Below, piece by piece: positions 26,830 through 40,708 of a stretch of DNA of 64,000 nt; within the stretch, counting starts at the first letter, position 1, and each line of letters starts with the position of its first letter. The DNA comes from Geosiphon pyriformis uo1 (lineage: Eukaryota; Fungi; Glomeromycota): positions 1 to 64,000 of the forward strand of contig JAAOMT010000420.1 of the NCBI GenBank assembly GCA_016748015.1. Direction: 5' to 3'. Under the pieces are notes generated by a model, which made no database searches, had not been told where the DNA came from, and worked only from the letters and a program-made list of their open reading frames with translations. A program made the position numbers and the translations under genes.

Positions 26830-27757
26830 TCATAAAGCCTTCTTGAGCCACTCGGCCATTTCTCTAATTACTTCTATACTATTTTCCAATATCTCTGAAT
26901 GGTCTCGAGTTAGACGTATCGCCTCATCGATTTCGTCAAAATCCGCATATTTTCTTCCTACATTAGGCGAAGAAAATAATAAATTAGAGGTATCCTTAAA
27001 CATTAACAGACTTGACCTCAGACCTTCCAACGCAGCCTGAAATATCCGTATAGCTTTATTGTGATCGCAATTGGGATTTAAAGTTGAGAGGGTAATGGCG
27101 GTGATTAAACCATGTTGAGATTTTACTAATGCTCGCTGATATGAAAAGATTTTTAAAATGAAAAACAAAAAACAAAAAACGAAGGAGATTCAGTAGGTTT
27201 AATTTATTCATGGTGATTTGGTATCACGAAAAATTTATAAAAGTATACCACGTGACCCCATGTAAATGTTTTTTCGAGGTCATGTGTGAATTCGGGTGTT
27301 TGACCAAATGTCCATTTCCAGCTCTGAAGTTTTGTTTTGAAAAATGAAATTTGATTTTAAAATTTAGGATTTTGCGATTTTTTTTTGGATACATTATTGG
27401 TATATATCGTACTTTGAGTTCATCACGGTATTTTAGGACTTTAGGGATTTGTGATATGAATGATTCGTCAACTATTTTTGGCTTTTTTTATTTTTATTTT
27501 TATTTTTTTTTAGTTAGATTTTATTAGAGAGGAGCATGGGACCAAGTAAATAGATCCAAGTAAAAGAAATTGAATAATCTAAAAAAAAAAATTCAAACCT
27601 GGAACTGAAATTCACCAGGATCAAGGTAATACCGTTGAAACTCTTGTAAAACTGCACGACAAAAGGTTTCATGGTTCACGGTACTTGAATATTTTTGGAG
27701 ATTGGTAACAGACGATCGTACCGATTCAACACCTTTAGTGATCAGACTTTGCTTTTT

Positions 27758-27793
<36 letters not shown>

Positions 27794-29197
27794 GGTATTT
27801 GTATAATTGATTTAAAATAGTATCAGTAATAAAGGGTAATATTTAAAATGAATACCTTATCATCAACGTGTAAATATCGTCCAATATCCGATAAATCCGA
27901 TTCAATCAGCATCGTACCATGATGATACGCTTTCGCTTGGGTCAACTTGAACGCTGAACCGGAAACGTGTATGCAAGAATGTCAAGGATCTCGAAATCGA
28001 AATCGAAATCGAAAATTAAATTATCACAATTTTCAAAGATATCATCCCAGTAAATAAAAACAAAAAAAAAGGATATCTTTAATCCATCATTAACCACAAT
28101 ATCATGCCGTTCATTAACTTTCGCTGATGGGATCCCTAACCCTTCACGTAACGCGCGTGCCACAATTTCGACATGTTCGTGACGCGTGAATCTGGTACGA
28201 GACATTACCACTGTGTAGTTTGTATTCCCGGGGTCCTAATCGTGTGCCATTTTTGATTATTAGAAATAAAAGATTTTTTTTTTCAAATGAGCAAATATCC
28301 AAAAAGAATTTCATCATATCCCAATACCATTAAAAAAAAATAGCAATTAATCCACACAAAAAAATTAAATATACATGAAATACGGCACCACCACCACTCT
28401 GTCGTCTCACCACCGATATACCATCACCACGTAATAAATTCATATTACATTCTTTCCATGGGTTCTAATGTAAAGAAAATATCAATTTCAAAAATTGTAA
28501 ATGTATTCATTTGAAAGTCTTCAATCAATCGTTAGTTTTCAAACAAAATATTTTAGCATATAACTTTAGCTCTATTAAGACTCGAGTGTAAACCTAAAAA
28601 TCAATACCTGATTTCTTCCAATAACCACACACTTGTCATTTCGCCACAAATATAACAAGATCCCATCATCATTCTTCACATCCTTTTTCTTCTCTTTATC
28701 AGTGTCAAATTCATTAAATTTTGCTGGTATAAGCCCTATTGATGAGCTGTAATCACGAAATAGCCTATTCTTGAAAAGAATTAAAGATGCATATTAGTTT
28801 CTTTTTTTTAATAAAAAATGCAATATCAAATTGGAGTTTCCCATGTTTCATTCGAGAATCAGATCTTGGAGATTGGACAGATAAAAAATATAGTAAAAGA
28901 ACATGCACCACTCTTCAAAAGCCAAATTTGTCCAAGGATCCGTCAGTTGTGATATGAAGCATTCGTATCGAGGTCGCTTTTTTACTATGATCTTTTTTTT
29001 TTAAAGATCAAGGAAGAATTTGCAGTTTAGACTTTAATCACTCATGTAAATTTTCCAGAAAAAACTTGATGGATTTTTATGACTGCTACATTTTCGTAAT
29101 CATCAACTCGTGTGAAATAATTTGACACTTGTCGGAAACGATCAACTTTCAAGTTCCAAAAATTTCTTGTCATAATTCTCAAAAAATTTATTCGCAT
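26830..29197 (-). CDS. Lipoate-protein ligase A / lipoyltransferase (Lip3/Aim22-like); start codon and first exon uncertain
   Basis: [69 protein letters not shown] and [12 protein letters not shown]. Confidence 0.9.
27967..28076 (-). other. U12-type AT-AC intron
   Basis: Minus-strand donor ATATCCTTT, branch site TCCTTGAC (27988-27981), terminal CAC. Removal restores the conserved DGLK|VSGSAFK. Confidence 0.93.
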
Positions 29198-29484
29198 TAT
29201 TTCAAGTAACAGCACAAAGTTTTACATATTTGTGTCATCAGGCCAAGATAGCCAGAAAAATTTAAATTACGAATCTGAAGATCGCAAATATTGCACTTCA
29301 GTTGTCTATTTTGTTATAATTTTATCTTAATGCATCTAAAGAATCTAATGAGGTATGAGAGACCATATTTTCAGTGGTTTGCACTCTGTTGCTCACCACC
29401 GACTTTCTCGGGTTTCTAAAACATCAAAAAGATTGGCTTTTGAAAAAAATCCCGACAAGGATTCTATCGAGTTCGGACAGTTGA

Positions 29485-32193
29485 TTAAATTTTTACACCT
29501 TTTGCTAGGTATCGTTTATAGCTTTCTATAGAACCTTTCCATGGTGTGATAGTTTGATCTTTACAAAGCCAAATATCTTCTGCTACTTGCGATATCAATC
29601 GGAAATCGTGAGAGACTAAGTTCAGAAAAAATTAAATGGTTAATCAATTACATTGATTTTGAAAAGGTACCAGTATAAGAATGTAAAAAGTACCTAATAC
29701 AACTCCCCCACTAAATCCTTTGATAGCCTTGGCCAGGGAATCGATACTTTCCATGTCCTTTGGGAAAAAATTCAATCAAAATTTTGAACCAAGACAACAA
29801 TCCAAGGTATATAACATGTACATACCAAATGGTTAGTCGGTTCATCCATAAGAATTATATCGGGGGTCATTAATACTATTTCAGCAAATACTAAACGAGT
29901 TTTCAAGCCGTCACTCAAAGTCCCAATTGCTCCCGTTTGATGAGCCCCCGTGAGACCATATCGACCGATTTGGTTTCGCCAAAACTAAAGGAACTTTCTC
30001 CGTTAAAAATTAATTCGTTTAAAGATTATTAGAAATTCTCGTAAATATTTTACTGTAGCTTACGTCAACATCACCGTCCAAATGTGCAAATTTTTTCCGC
30101 AAATACTGAATTGGACTCAAATCCATTTCCAATTGCTCAGCACTAAACAAATTCCGAATCAGTGTCAAGTTTTTAAATAGAATCCGACATAATATGATTG
30201 TAAGAAGCGTACCTGTGTTGATTATATTTGGCCAATTTCAAATTTGTATGCCGTGCTATCCTCCCACGAACAGGTTGAAGGTCTCCCACCATCAATTTAA
30301 GTAAAGTACTCTTGCCAACACCGTTAGGTCCTACAAGTGCGACTCGGGAATCCATGTCGACGGCGAGATCCAAATCTTCGTACAAAAAATTTTTGGCGCT
30401 TCCATCATAAGAAAATGAGACTTGATCAAATTGCAGGACAGGAGGAGGCAATTTCTCCACATCATTAAATTTGAATTTGAAAATAGCCGGTGGATCAACC
30501 TATTTAACAGTCAAAGTTAAAAAAAGTTTAACATTATTAAAAATTTTGACAAAGTCTCACCTTCTCGATCAAACCAGCTGCTTCCATCTTATCTATTATC
30601 TTTTGTTTACTTTTGGCTTGCCTGACCTAATTTAGAAGAGAAATTATGTTAAAATTGGGGAAAAAGATATTCGAGATGATTTTGATTTCTAAATTTTATG
30701 TACCAGGTTAGCGTAAGTACCAGCGGATGCAATAAACTTTTTGATGTGGGCAATCTCCTCTTGTTGTTTATGATAGGCTTTCATTTGGTTCGTTTCCTAA
30801 ATTGATAAGAAGTTAAGTTTACATAAAAAAATTACTCAAGAAAACCAAAAAACGTTAATTATTAATGAAAATACCTGTTCTGCCCGAGTACGAACATAAA
30901 CATCATAGTTACCACCGTAATAAATCAGTTTCCGTTGATGGTTGAGACTTTTTTTAAACAAAAAATTTGGTTAAACTTTTGCGGAACACCAATGAAGACA
31001 ATAAAATTTTCTTACTTGATGATGTTGGTACAAACTCCGTTTAAGAAATCTTGTGAATGTGAGACAAGAACGAGAATACGATTATATTGTTTCAAATATT
31101 CTTCGAGCCATACACAAGCCTCCAAATCCAAATGATTAGCTGAAAAGTGAAAAATAAGTTTTATTAATCTTGATTATTGAAATTTTCATCTATCGAAAAA
31201 AACTTACTTGGTTCATCTAGCAACAACAGGGTAGGCCTAATGAATAGAGCTTTGGCCAATGCTACACGCATTCTCCATCCACCAGACATATCTTTTGTTT
31301 TTTTTGCCATCATGTCTTTTAGAAAACCAAGACCGTACAAAAGTGTACTCGCACGAGACTCAAAAGTTGCTGGGTCTAAAGCGGCAATACGGTCATATAA
31401 ATCTTCAAGTCTAGGATCATCGGCACCATCATCTTCCGCGAGAATATCTTCAAGCTCTCTCTCAAGACTAGAAAAACCAAATTAAACATATCGTGTTAAG
31501 ATAATGGATGTTATATTAGGAAATATTATTGAAGATTTCATTATCTTATTTACCGAGAAACTTCATCCCTTGCTGCTTGAATGACGTATTGCGTTGCATT
31601 ATATTCAGTAGGTTCTGCTTCCTGATTTAACAGGTAGACCTAAGAAATATCCAAAATAAATAAAAAAGGTATATAAAAGCTAAAAAGTAGTCAAGATCGA
31701 AACTCACATCAATGTGCGGGGGGATCGGGACCTCTCTTGCCGCCAATGATTGTAAAAATGTGCTCTTGCCGGATCCATTAGCTCCGACGAGACCATACCT
31801 ATTATGATAATACATATGATTTAGCATAAATTATAAGAAGTCAAAAGTGAGTGGATCAAATTTCGAGGCGTACCTTCTGCCAAAATTAAGGTCAATCTCT
31901 GCGTTTTCAACTAAAAGACGACCGAAGAACGACAAGTTATATTGCTCAATCTTGACATCACGAGATCTCGACTGCGAAGCAAGTACACCAGTCGCTGTAC
32001 GTTCACTTGATAGCTTTAAGGAGTCAAAAGCGGAGTTCAAGTTTTCGACCGAAGAGTTTGAAACCGGTGTTTGACTTCCGTTGAGGTTTTCTTCAACGTT
32101 TTTATTCTTACTACTTGAAACGGGGAGTACAGGACTAGCTGTACCTTTGGCGGCCTTTTTGGCCAAACGCTTTTGTTTGGAAACAGATGACAT
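29485..32193 (-). CDS. ARB1: ABC-F family ATPase ABCF2/Arb1
   Basis: Two ABC cassettes ([30 protein letters not shown]; [20 protein letters not shown]) and no TM domain. Confidence 0.95.
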
Positions 32194-32867
32194 ATTCGGT
32201 AAATAGTAAGTATTGGTAGTAAAGTTTAGGGAAGGCTTTGGGTTTGTGATAATGGATCGCAGCGACTAGTATGATGGGGAAACTGATCAGGACAAGTCAA
32301 AAGTTTTTTTTTGGGGGGGGGGGGGGCTCCCAAGAGGATCCTTTTAAATGACGACTGAAAAGAAAAAATTGACGGGCAACACAAAAATTGAGATCATTTT
32401 TTTATGATTATTACTTAATTTGTGTAACACATGAATTGGTGGCAATCACCGACGCAGTTCATTTTTTGATTCTTCCTAATATCATTAGGTGAATCTTTTG
32501 TTCTTTAATAGTGGTTACGTCATCACGAATGACAATAAGGTAATTATAATAGGGAGAGTTAAAGAGATCAAATTTGGATTTTCTCATGGAGATTTAAGTC
32601 TGCGGACGTAAAACCTTTGAATAAGGAAAGGAAATGAATTTTCAAATATTTTGATAATGAACCCTTGGACAAAAATTAATGAATGGTGAAAAGCAAATTC
32701 AAAATTAGTTTTTGATAAACAGACTTCTGAAAAGAAAATGAGGTGGTGTAAGAATCCTGAATATGTGTGGACTTATTCCTTTATATTGTTATCGATAGAG
32801 CATTAGCTTCTCACTTTTAATTGAAAAAATGATAAGACTTGGAAGAATAAATTTAATAGACAGATTA

Positions 32868-32906
<39 letters not shown>

Positions 32907-33690
32907 TACTAAATCTGAAATTTAAATTCCCTATTTATTACGCAACCAAGCGTTCTAAATCCAAATTTTTTTCTAAATAAGTAATATTAACAAAATGGAA
33001 CAAGGGAAGCATCATTTTACGAATTTTATTCCTCATTCTAAAGATGTACGATCGATTCTAGATCCTCGGAAATAAACAACAACTCCGATATTTAATAAAA
33101 AATCCGTTTTCGTAACAACTTCTAGATTTCAATTTTGATATTAAAGGAATTACCAACAATATTTTTATCCTTCAGGTTACACATAAACGCGTAGAATATT
33201 TATTACCATTACAGCAGCCATCACACGGGAAATCCTTAACATTATCTCATATTTCCGTGCGCTAATCCTTGGAGAAAATGAAATAGTGGACATAATATTA
33301 GCGGCAAAAGAAAGTCAAAAAGAGATTATTATTATTATTATTATTATAATTATTATTATTAACAGTTTGAAATTTGGTGAATGCAATGACTGTGAATTCA
33401 TTTTGAAAACGAATTTGGCTGCTGTACGCAAGGCATACTAATATGAACTTTCTTTAATTGATTTTAAAATTAAAATTTCTTTGATCTTGAATATTAGGAT
33501 ATTTTCCTATAAACAAATAAATTTTGATGAGATAAAAAAAACGTAATGTATGCTAAGCATTCAAAGACTAAATGGTTGGATTTTAGAACATCTAATATAT
33601 AGATCGAAGCGCCACACCATCTGACTGCTCGATCAAAAGTATAAAAAAAACTTGTATCTTTTTTAGAAATCTCGAAACTATTATCTAAAT

Positions 33691-34481
33691 ATGAATCCTG
33701 TTGTAGCTATCTCGGTCTTCTCCGCTCTTCCACTTTATTTTAAAAACTATGAAATCTCCCAAATACTCTTTCTAACAGCTTTTCAAATGGTCGAAGGGAC
33801 TTGTGCATGGTTTAAGCGTTCTCGTACAGAGCTTTTAAACATTGTCTTATCTGTTGATCTCGTCATTAAAACTTGCTTCCTCGATTTTGGTTTGTACTTT
33901 TTTATTAGCTTTTTGGTCTTATGCCTGGTTGGCTGGCTCGTAAGAAGGTAATAATTTGAATATATTTTCTTAGGTAAAAATTTTCAAAATATATATTTTT
34001 TAATCCAATTAACAAATTTTCCTGAGACAATAGGATGAATTCTTCTAGAAAAGTCTTCCCAACCGTAGTAATCAGCGGTTCAAGGCCCGCTGAAAATTAT
34101 TTACGCCTTCGTGTAGATAATTTAAAAGCTTTTAGTCGAGAACAAATAATTTGGCGTCAAATCAACATATTAAAGAGGAATGAGAGGGAATTCCGAAAAG
34201 CTGGTAAATTATTCTCGAAATTTTACATATTCAAGATCTCATTCACGTTTCAGAACTTTAAATTTAGTGTTTTCTATTTTATTTTTTACAAATCTTAAAG
34301 GTTTACCCGCCATAGAAAGGTCGCGACCGCTTTTCAGCTCAGCTCTTTCTCAGGTGACACGGGCTGATATCGGTATAACTGGTGTTTTGAATACTATTTC
34401 ACACCGATTTGTGAATCTAGTTGAGCGCGGTGAATTCCGTCCCAAAAATGAGCTCTCGGTATGCTATAATCGATTAATGGA

Positions 34482-34516
<35 letters not shown>

Positions 34517-34730
34517 ATAGAAAATTAATCAAAATATTTAAAATTAATTTTTATACCCAAACATTCAGGTACTCTTGACAAGAAAAGCAGCCATGAATCG
34601 TTTGCGTGCTGCTCAACCACGAATTAGGAACCCGTCGCCCCAAAAGCCAGTTACAAAAGTGGCAAACATCTCGCCTCCTAAAAGGTTAGCAGTATTCGAG
34701 AGTTTGTCGTCGAAAAAACATAAAATATAA
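33691..34730 (+). CDS. Hypothetical 248-aa protein with one TM segment and a basic C-terminal region (orphan)
   Basis: Four exons (33691-33947, 34034-34203, 34301-34458, 34569-34730) join in frame through GT-AG introns with matching phases. No family recognised. Confidence 0.7.
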
Positions 34731-35250
34731 GCGTAAAAGAATAGGTTTTGGAATTATCTTCACTCAAGAACTCTTATATACGTCTTTTACGACCAAATTG
34801 TTTAGATAGCTCAAGTAATTACAGGGTTAGGAATTTAGTGAACAAAAAACCCTCTTCAAATTAGATAAGGGTTTAATGTAAATATTTTTAAAAAGAAAAA
34901 TGTAAATTATTCAAAAGGTATATTGATAGTTTTGTAAATAAAAAATCAATCTATGCTAGCTGAAATTCATCTTGTTTTTGGAGTTTCAAATCGATCGCTT
35001 TTAACCAAATTGGGGAATTGCGCATTCATGATGTGGATTTTTTTATCTTTAAAAATAAAATAAAAATTATCCCGATTGATCAAACTATCCCTCAATTACG
35101 GAATTAGTTGTACTCCCGAAAATCTAGTTAAATTTCCCCTTATCATTACTGTAACCACAAATAATGTTGATATTTTGGTTGACCAAAGTTCTACCACGAT
35201 CAAAACATCACCATCCCTAACTTTGCCAATCTTTCACTAAAAACCTAACC

Positions 35251-38200
35251 ATGTCTTCCTCCTACACTAAACGAAAACCCGTCGAACGAGTAGGTGAAGA
35301 AGACTACTCTCAAGCTCAATATCCACCTTCTAGAAGAATTCAGCATGATTTGTCGTTTTTAAACGGACCGGCCCCACAATTGAACCAATCTATTCCAAAG
35401 GCGCCAAATAAATTACCACTACGCACGTCAAGCGATGGGGAGTCAATAATACCCGGTGTTAGTACTCAGAGGACAATAGTTCAGCCAGTTAAAAGTACAA
35501 TGACGATAGCCCCTACTGGCTCGAGTGCTCAAACTACCATAGTTCAACCAGTAAAGAGTACTATGACAATAGGTCCACCGACACCACGTTTGATTCCAAA
35601 CGTACGACCGCCAAAGTCAGAAAAAAGTTCCTCAGTGGATACTCTATCAATTTCTTCTCTTGATCGTGAGTTTCAAAAAAACGAAGAGGAACTATCTAAA
35701 ATTTCATCGAAACGACGAACAGGTGACCAACCTACTTCTCCAACGAGCCCTACTCCAACGAGTCCTTCAACCCCGAATTATGGCAATATATCACCACCCC
35801 TTTCTCCATTATTTAAAAAATTACCATCCCTTTCAATGGCTAGTGATATTCTCGCATCCTCAGAGGCAATGCTCTCGACTACGGTCATATCAAACGGTTA
35901 TTCATTGTTAGATACTACTAATGAAATGCTGATTCAATTGTTGATATCCCAAGCAATGATTGATTCGCAAGATTACGAAATTTTGAGTTTAGAGGACGTA
36001 GAAGAGTTGAAAAAGGTATGATTATTTAGAAGTTTAACCAATTGTTGAATCAGTCTCAAAAATCAAAACGGTTCGAGTTTTGCTTAATATTTAAAAAAAT
36101 ATCAGGAGCATGCTTTATTAACTAATCGTATGGGAGCTCTCACAAGTAAATTGGCCCTCGAGTCAAAAATTCGAGAAGCCGCAAACTCCCTTGCTCGCCT
36201 TCATGTTTCAAATAAGAGAGTTTCACGACAAGCCACTGATCATTTGTCACAGGCCAACCGCAAAGTGGATCAACTGGCCACTGAGTTATGGAAGTTAGAT
36301 CAACGTGCTAATGACATACAGCGGAGATTGCTTTCTCATATGAGTGCTGTGTTAACTTTGGGAATAAGAAAATTGGAAGAAAAACAAACTCAACCTCCAA
36401 TACAAGTACCATTAATCTTGGATAATGGGTACAGTGGAATCGATAATCTTTATAACGAGATAATGGGCGTTGACAAAAGTGCCAATGCTGAATTGGTAAA
36501 TAAAGTGGCAAATTTGGAAACTTCATTGCAAAATGTTCATCACACACTTGCCGAAGCACGAGTATCAATAAAACGAAAGGAAAAAGAGATCGAAGAATTA
36601 AAATTAAAGGTCGATGACGGTGCAGCTGAAGCTCGTGAAAGAACAATTGCCGAGCTTCGAACTGAATTAGAAGAGGTTGGAAGTCGATTAGATATAGTGT
36701 TAAGAAAACACAAGGCAGCGAAAAAGGACATTTTTTCAGATGACAATGAAGAGGATTTATCAGATGATTCTGATAGCATTAATTCGTACAATCGTCTTTC
36801 AACGATGACAACAGCTACTCAACATCTTCAAAAAGAACAATATCGAAATATCTCTAAAAATTTAACGGATTTAGAAAAATCTCTTCAAGAATATCAATTC
36901 CGTATTTATAAACTGGACCAGGATTTAATAGCTGCTAGGAATAATGCGGAAGAGGACGCTCAAACTTTACAATCTAACTTGAATCATATTATACAGGAGA
37001 AAGAAAACGCCATACGAGAAGCCGAAAATGAAAGAAATAATTATGAATTTTTGGAAAGAAAAGTAATTGATTTGGAACATCAAGTAAGAAATGGTCAAAA
37101 TCTTGAAGAAAAAGTCAGGGTATTGGAACATCGGCAAAGTCTTGACAAAGGGATGGGCCAAAAAAGAAATGCAGACCTGGAATCTAAACTTTCGAATGTT
37201 ACAAAAGAATACGAATTGGCAATAAATTCATTAAAGGAACTGTTCACAAATATGCCAAAAAAAATTGATGACAATCTGGAAAACAAAACTTTCACTTTGG
37301 ATACCTTTATATCACATGTCCGTGGTATCGGGGATGAAAATGCTGTACTTTTGGATACTGTATCTCGACTACAGACGCGGCTTGATTGTGTTCAGAAAGA
37401 AATGAAGGATTCTGAGGAACAAGGGAAGCTAAAGAAATTATTGAAGACCACTCAGAGTGAGCTTGAAGAGGCTAAAGCAAAATTAAATAATCTTGAATTA
37501 AAAGCTCAAAATGCAAATGCTGTGTTAAGTTCATCTTCAGATAAAGAAGCAGAACTACGTGACGAAATTACCCAATTAAGGGAAGAACTAGAAGCCATTA
37601 AAAGAAAGGTCCGCAAGTATGAGGCTACCTTAAAAAGGCAGTCTGTTATTGAGTTTGTTGAGGGTGGAAATTCTATTAAAGATGAATTCCAGCAACAATT
37701 GGCTACCCAAGAGCAAGAGTATGAGGCACAACTCAAAGAGAAAGATGGACTTATTTCAAATCTTCGTAGTGTTCTGGAAACCATAACAACAGAAAGAGAT
37801 AACGCTAAAATAACTCTTCAAGAGTTGGAAGAAATGTTGAGATCAAAATCGAGGACATTAGATCAACGTGAGGTGACCATTAGTAAATTGGAAGGAGATA
37901 TCGTTAACTTCAAGGTGGAACTAGCTGAGCTTAAAACGGCTTCAGATGTGCGAGAAAAGAAAACACCTTCTATAAGAAGCAGCAGCAGTAACAGCACCCC
38001 CAACAGCAGTGAAGTCACCGCAATAAAAGCACAATTTGATAATGCCCATGAAGAATTAAGTGCTCTTCGTAAAGAGAAACAGGAACTTGAAGCAGAGTTA
38101 CAGCAATTGAAGGAGGCTTTCCGGAATGCCCAATTGCAATTCAGTACACGTGAAGAAGCGTTAGAGAATCGAACAGATGTTATACAAAACGAGCTAGATG

Positions 38201-38568
38201 GTATACTACGTGAGTTTGATCGGCTAACACGAAACTTTCTGGACTTTGATTCGGAACGACATAAACTTCAGGCAAATATGGATAAGCTATCAAAACATTG
38301 CGAACAGTTGGAAAATGAATTGTCTGATGAAAGGATCAAGAATTTGGGTAGCGAAAATAAAGAGCCTGTGACCACCGCTACTCTGCGTAAAGAGTTCCGT
38401 CATATGATGGCAGACTTAAGAGCCGACCATGCTAAAGCAATGCAACGCGAGATGGAGGAAAAGAAAAAATTGGAGAATCTGGCGAGGAATCTTCGACGCG
38501 AAAAAGAAGCCGAAAAATTTGAGAAAGCTAATAAAGGAACACAAACCGCATTAGTGATAAGTGTTTGA
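35251..38568 (+). CDS. Uds1 (up-regulated during septation) domain, long coiled-coil protein
   Basis: AMIDSQDYEILSLEDVEELKKEH..KLALESKIREAANSL..RRLLSHMSAVL (Uds1 domain), about 700 aa of heptad repeats, C-terminal LRKEFRHMMADLR. One intron about 36015-36105. Confidence 0.85.
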
Positions 38569-40264
38569 GCATAATTACGAAGTTAAGATTCCTCTATCTG
38601 TATTTTTAATAATTATTTAAATTAGACATTTAGAATCAAGAATTAGTTATTCATGTTAAAGAACTCCAAATGGAATTTAATTGGCATAATATTTTCTTTT
38701 TGAATACCTATTTAACATCAGGATTTTTTTTTGCTACATTAGTTTTTGTGACGTACAATCAGCTATTTGACTATTTGATAAACTCAGCAAATACTTTTAT
38801 TTAGTAGGGAAATTTTGGACACGTAAAATAGTTTAATAATTAACAGAAGTGATTAATTATCAACTGATTTTTATATTATTTGTAAAGTTACGTATTACTC
38901 TTGGTTTTTAATGCTCCAGGTGAGCTTTCAAAGTTTTCTGAATCCTACTTCTTTTTAAACCATAGCCTGGTTAAGCATGAAAAGGAGGACGTCCGCGGCA
39001 GCTACGCTCGGTGGCTGGTCTGAAATGAAGGCTGCGGCCGCACAGCCCATTTTTTGGTGTTGTCCATATGAAGTACCAATTAAAATTCACCAATTTCCAT
39101 GTTTCTTTTATGAATTTAAAATTGTGAGTCATGAGAACATACTGCTCCTCTAAACAAGTACCGAATCAACTGGATGTTGCAGAGCAAAATACCCAAAATA
39201 CTCTTAAAACCAATAAATAGTATTAGTAATACGACTATTTTGGATAAGCTGAAACAATACAACGTATGTGGGCTGCATTTTTGATCCCTATTAATTTACT
39301 TGTTATATAATTCTTAATATCAATTTAGCATATACTATAATTTCACATTTTATCATTTGATTAGTAACCTGATTTTTATAATACACAAATGTAACTAAAA
39401 ATTATAATTAGACTATGCAATATTTTAAACAATGTAATATTGAAAGTTTGTCAAAATATTTGGTAGTTTACTAAAATATTCAATAATTTATCAAAATGAT
39501 TAAGTATTATAATTAGAAATGATATTATTTATAAATAAAAAAAAAAAAAAGTTTCTTTCTTTGAAAAAAATGTATTTTTCTTTAATAATATCTTTTTAAT
39601 AAATCTTATAACAGAATAATATTTTTTATATTTGCAAATAAAATACAATTCAAATAAAAATAAAAATAAAATTTTTTTTTTAAAATTTGTTTTATTATAC
39701 TGTAAATTAATAACTTTTAAATTAATCAAGTATTAATTTTATTAAATTAATTATTTTAAATATAAATATTTTTTAAAAAAATGGTTAGTTATGTATAATT
39801 GTATAAAATTCACATTTAATATATAATAATTAAGTTATATTAAAATAATTTAATAATTAGACTATATTATAAGCAAAAAAAAATTCTTAAAATGAATTTA
39901 TTTTTACTTTTCAGTTTTTTATAAATTATTATTTTTTAATATACTTTTATGTATTGTAACTTGTTTATACAAATTATTAAATCTATTTGTTTTTTATTAT
40001 TATTATTTTCTAGTTTTAATTAATAATATTTTAAAGTTATTGTGTTAAAAATTTGTATTATTTTGTATAAATTTTTATTGTATTAAAAATTCTAAAAAAC
40101 AAATATTATTGAAAATTTCAATTATTTTTTTTAATATTTTTATGTTAGATTTATTGTAAATATTTTTGTTAATAAAAATTATTAAATTTTTAATAAATTA
40201 TTTATCTACAAAATATTTTTTATATTTTAAATTTATATAATATTAAATTTATAATAAAATAATT

Positions 40265-40708
40265 AGTTTTATGATAATAGATTGGGTTCAGAAAGCTTCG
40301 TCCATACTGGGTGATGTTAAAATTGTGGGTGCTGCTCACTGCACAGATATTTGGGTGGTTAGAGCTAAATATAAGGCTTTAATAGAAAAAGGCGGTTTAA
40401 TTCTACTTGATAGTTCTGTGTATTCTGTGACCTGTGGTCTGTCTTGTATGTTTTCTGCTGAGGTAATTAAGTTGCTTGAGATTGCTGAGACAGTTGGTGT
40501 TTGCTTTGGTTTTTGTAAACATTGCTGTTTTTTTCTGGTATAGGTGATATGATTTCTGTTCTGATAAATTTGTAGTGTTGCTCTGATCGGTCTGAGTGGC
40601 TGGTTACGTGTAGAAAGTGCATGATTAATGCCTAGTTTAGATCACTTAGTTGATGTATTGCACTAGGTGGCTTTTGGGCCTCACTCGTTAAACATTAATA
40701 AAAAAAAA
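40265..40708 (+). mobile_element. 5'-truncated/decayed non-LTR retrotransposon (LINE) 3' end with poly(A)
   Basis: ORF remnant (DWVQKASSILGD..DIWVVRAKYKALIEKGGLI..FGFCKHCCFF) is homologous to the C-terminus of the 42.7-43.6 kb ORF. Shared 3' UTR (CTGAGTGGCT..TGTAGAAAGTGC..CACTCGTTAAA..TTAATAAAAAAAAA). Confidence 0.82.

Noticed and set aside
32312-32326. Poly-G run upstream of ARB1 (possible G-quadruplex)
   Set aside because: A simple homopolymer with no other support; its length may be an assembly artefact.
36308-37784. Antisense ORFs within the Uds1 gene (and similar ones over other genes)
   Set aside because: Shadow ORFs of well-supported genes on the opposite strand.
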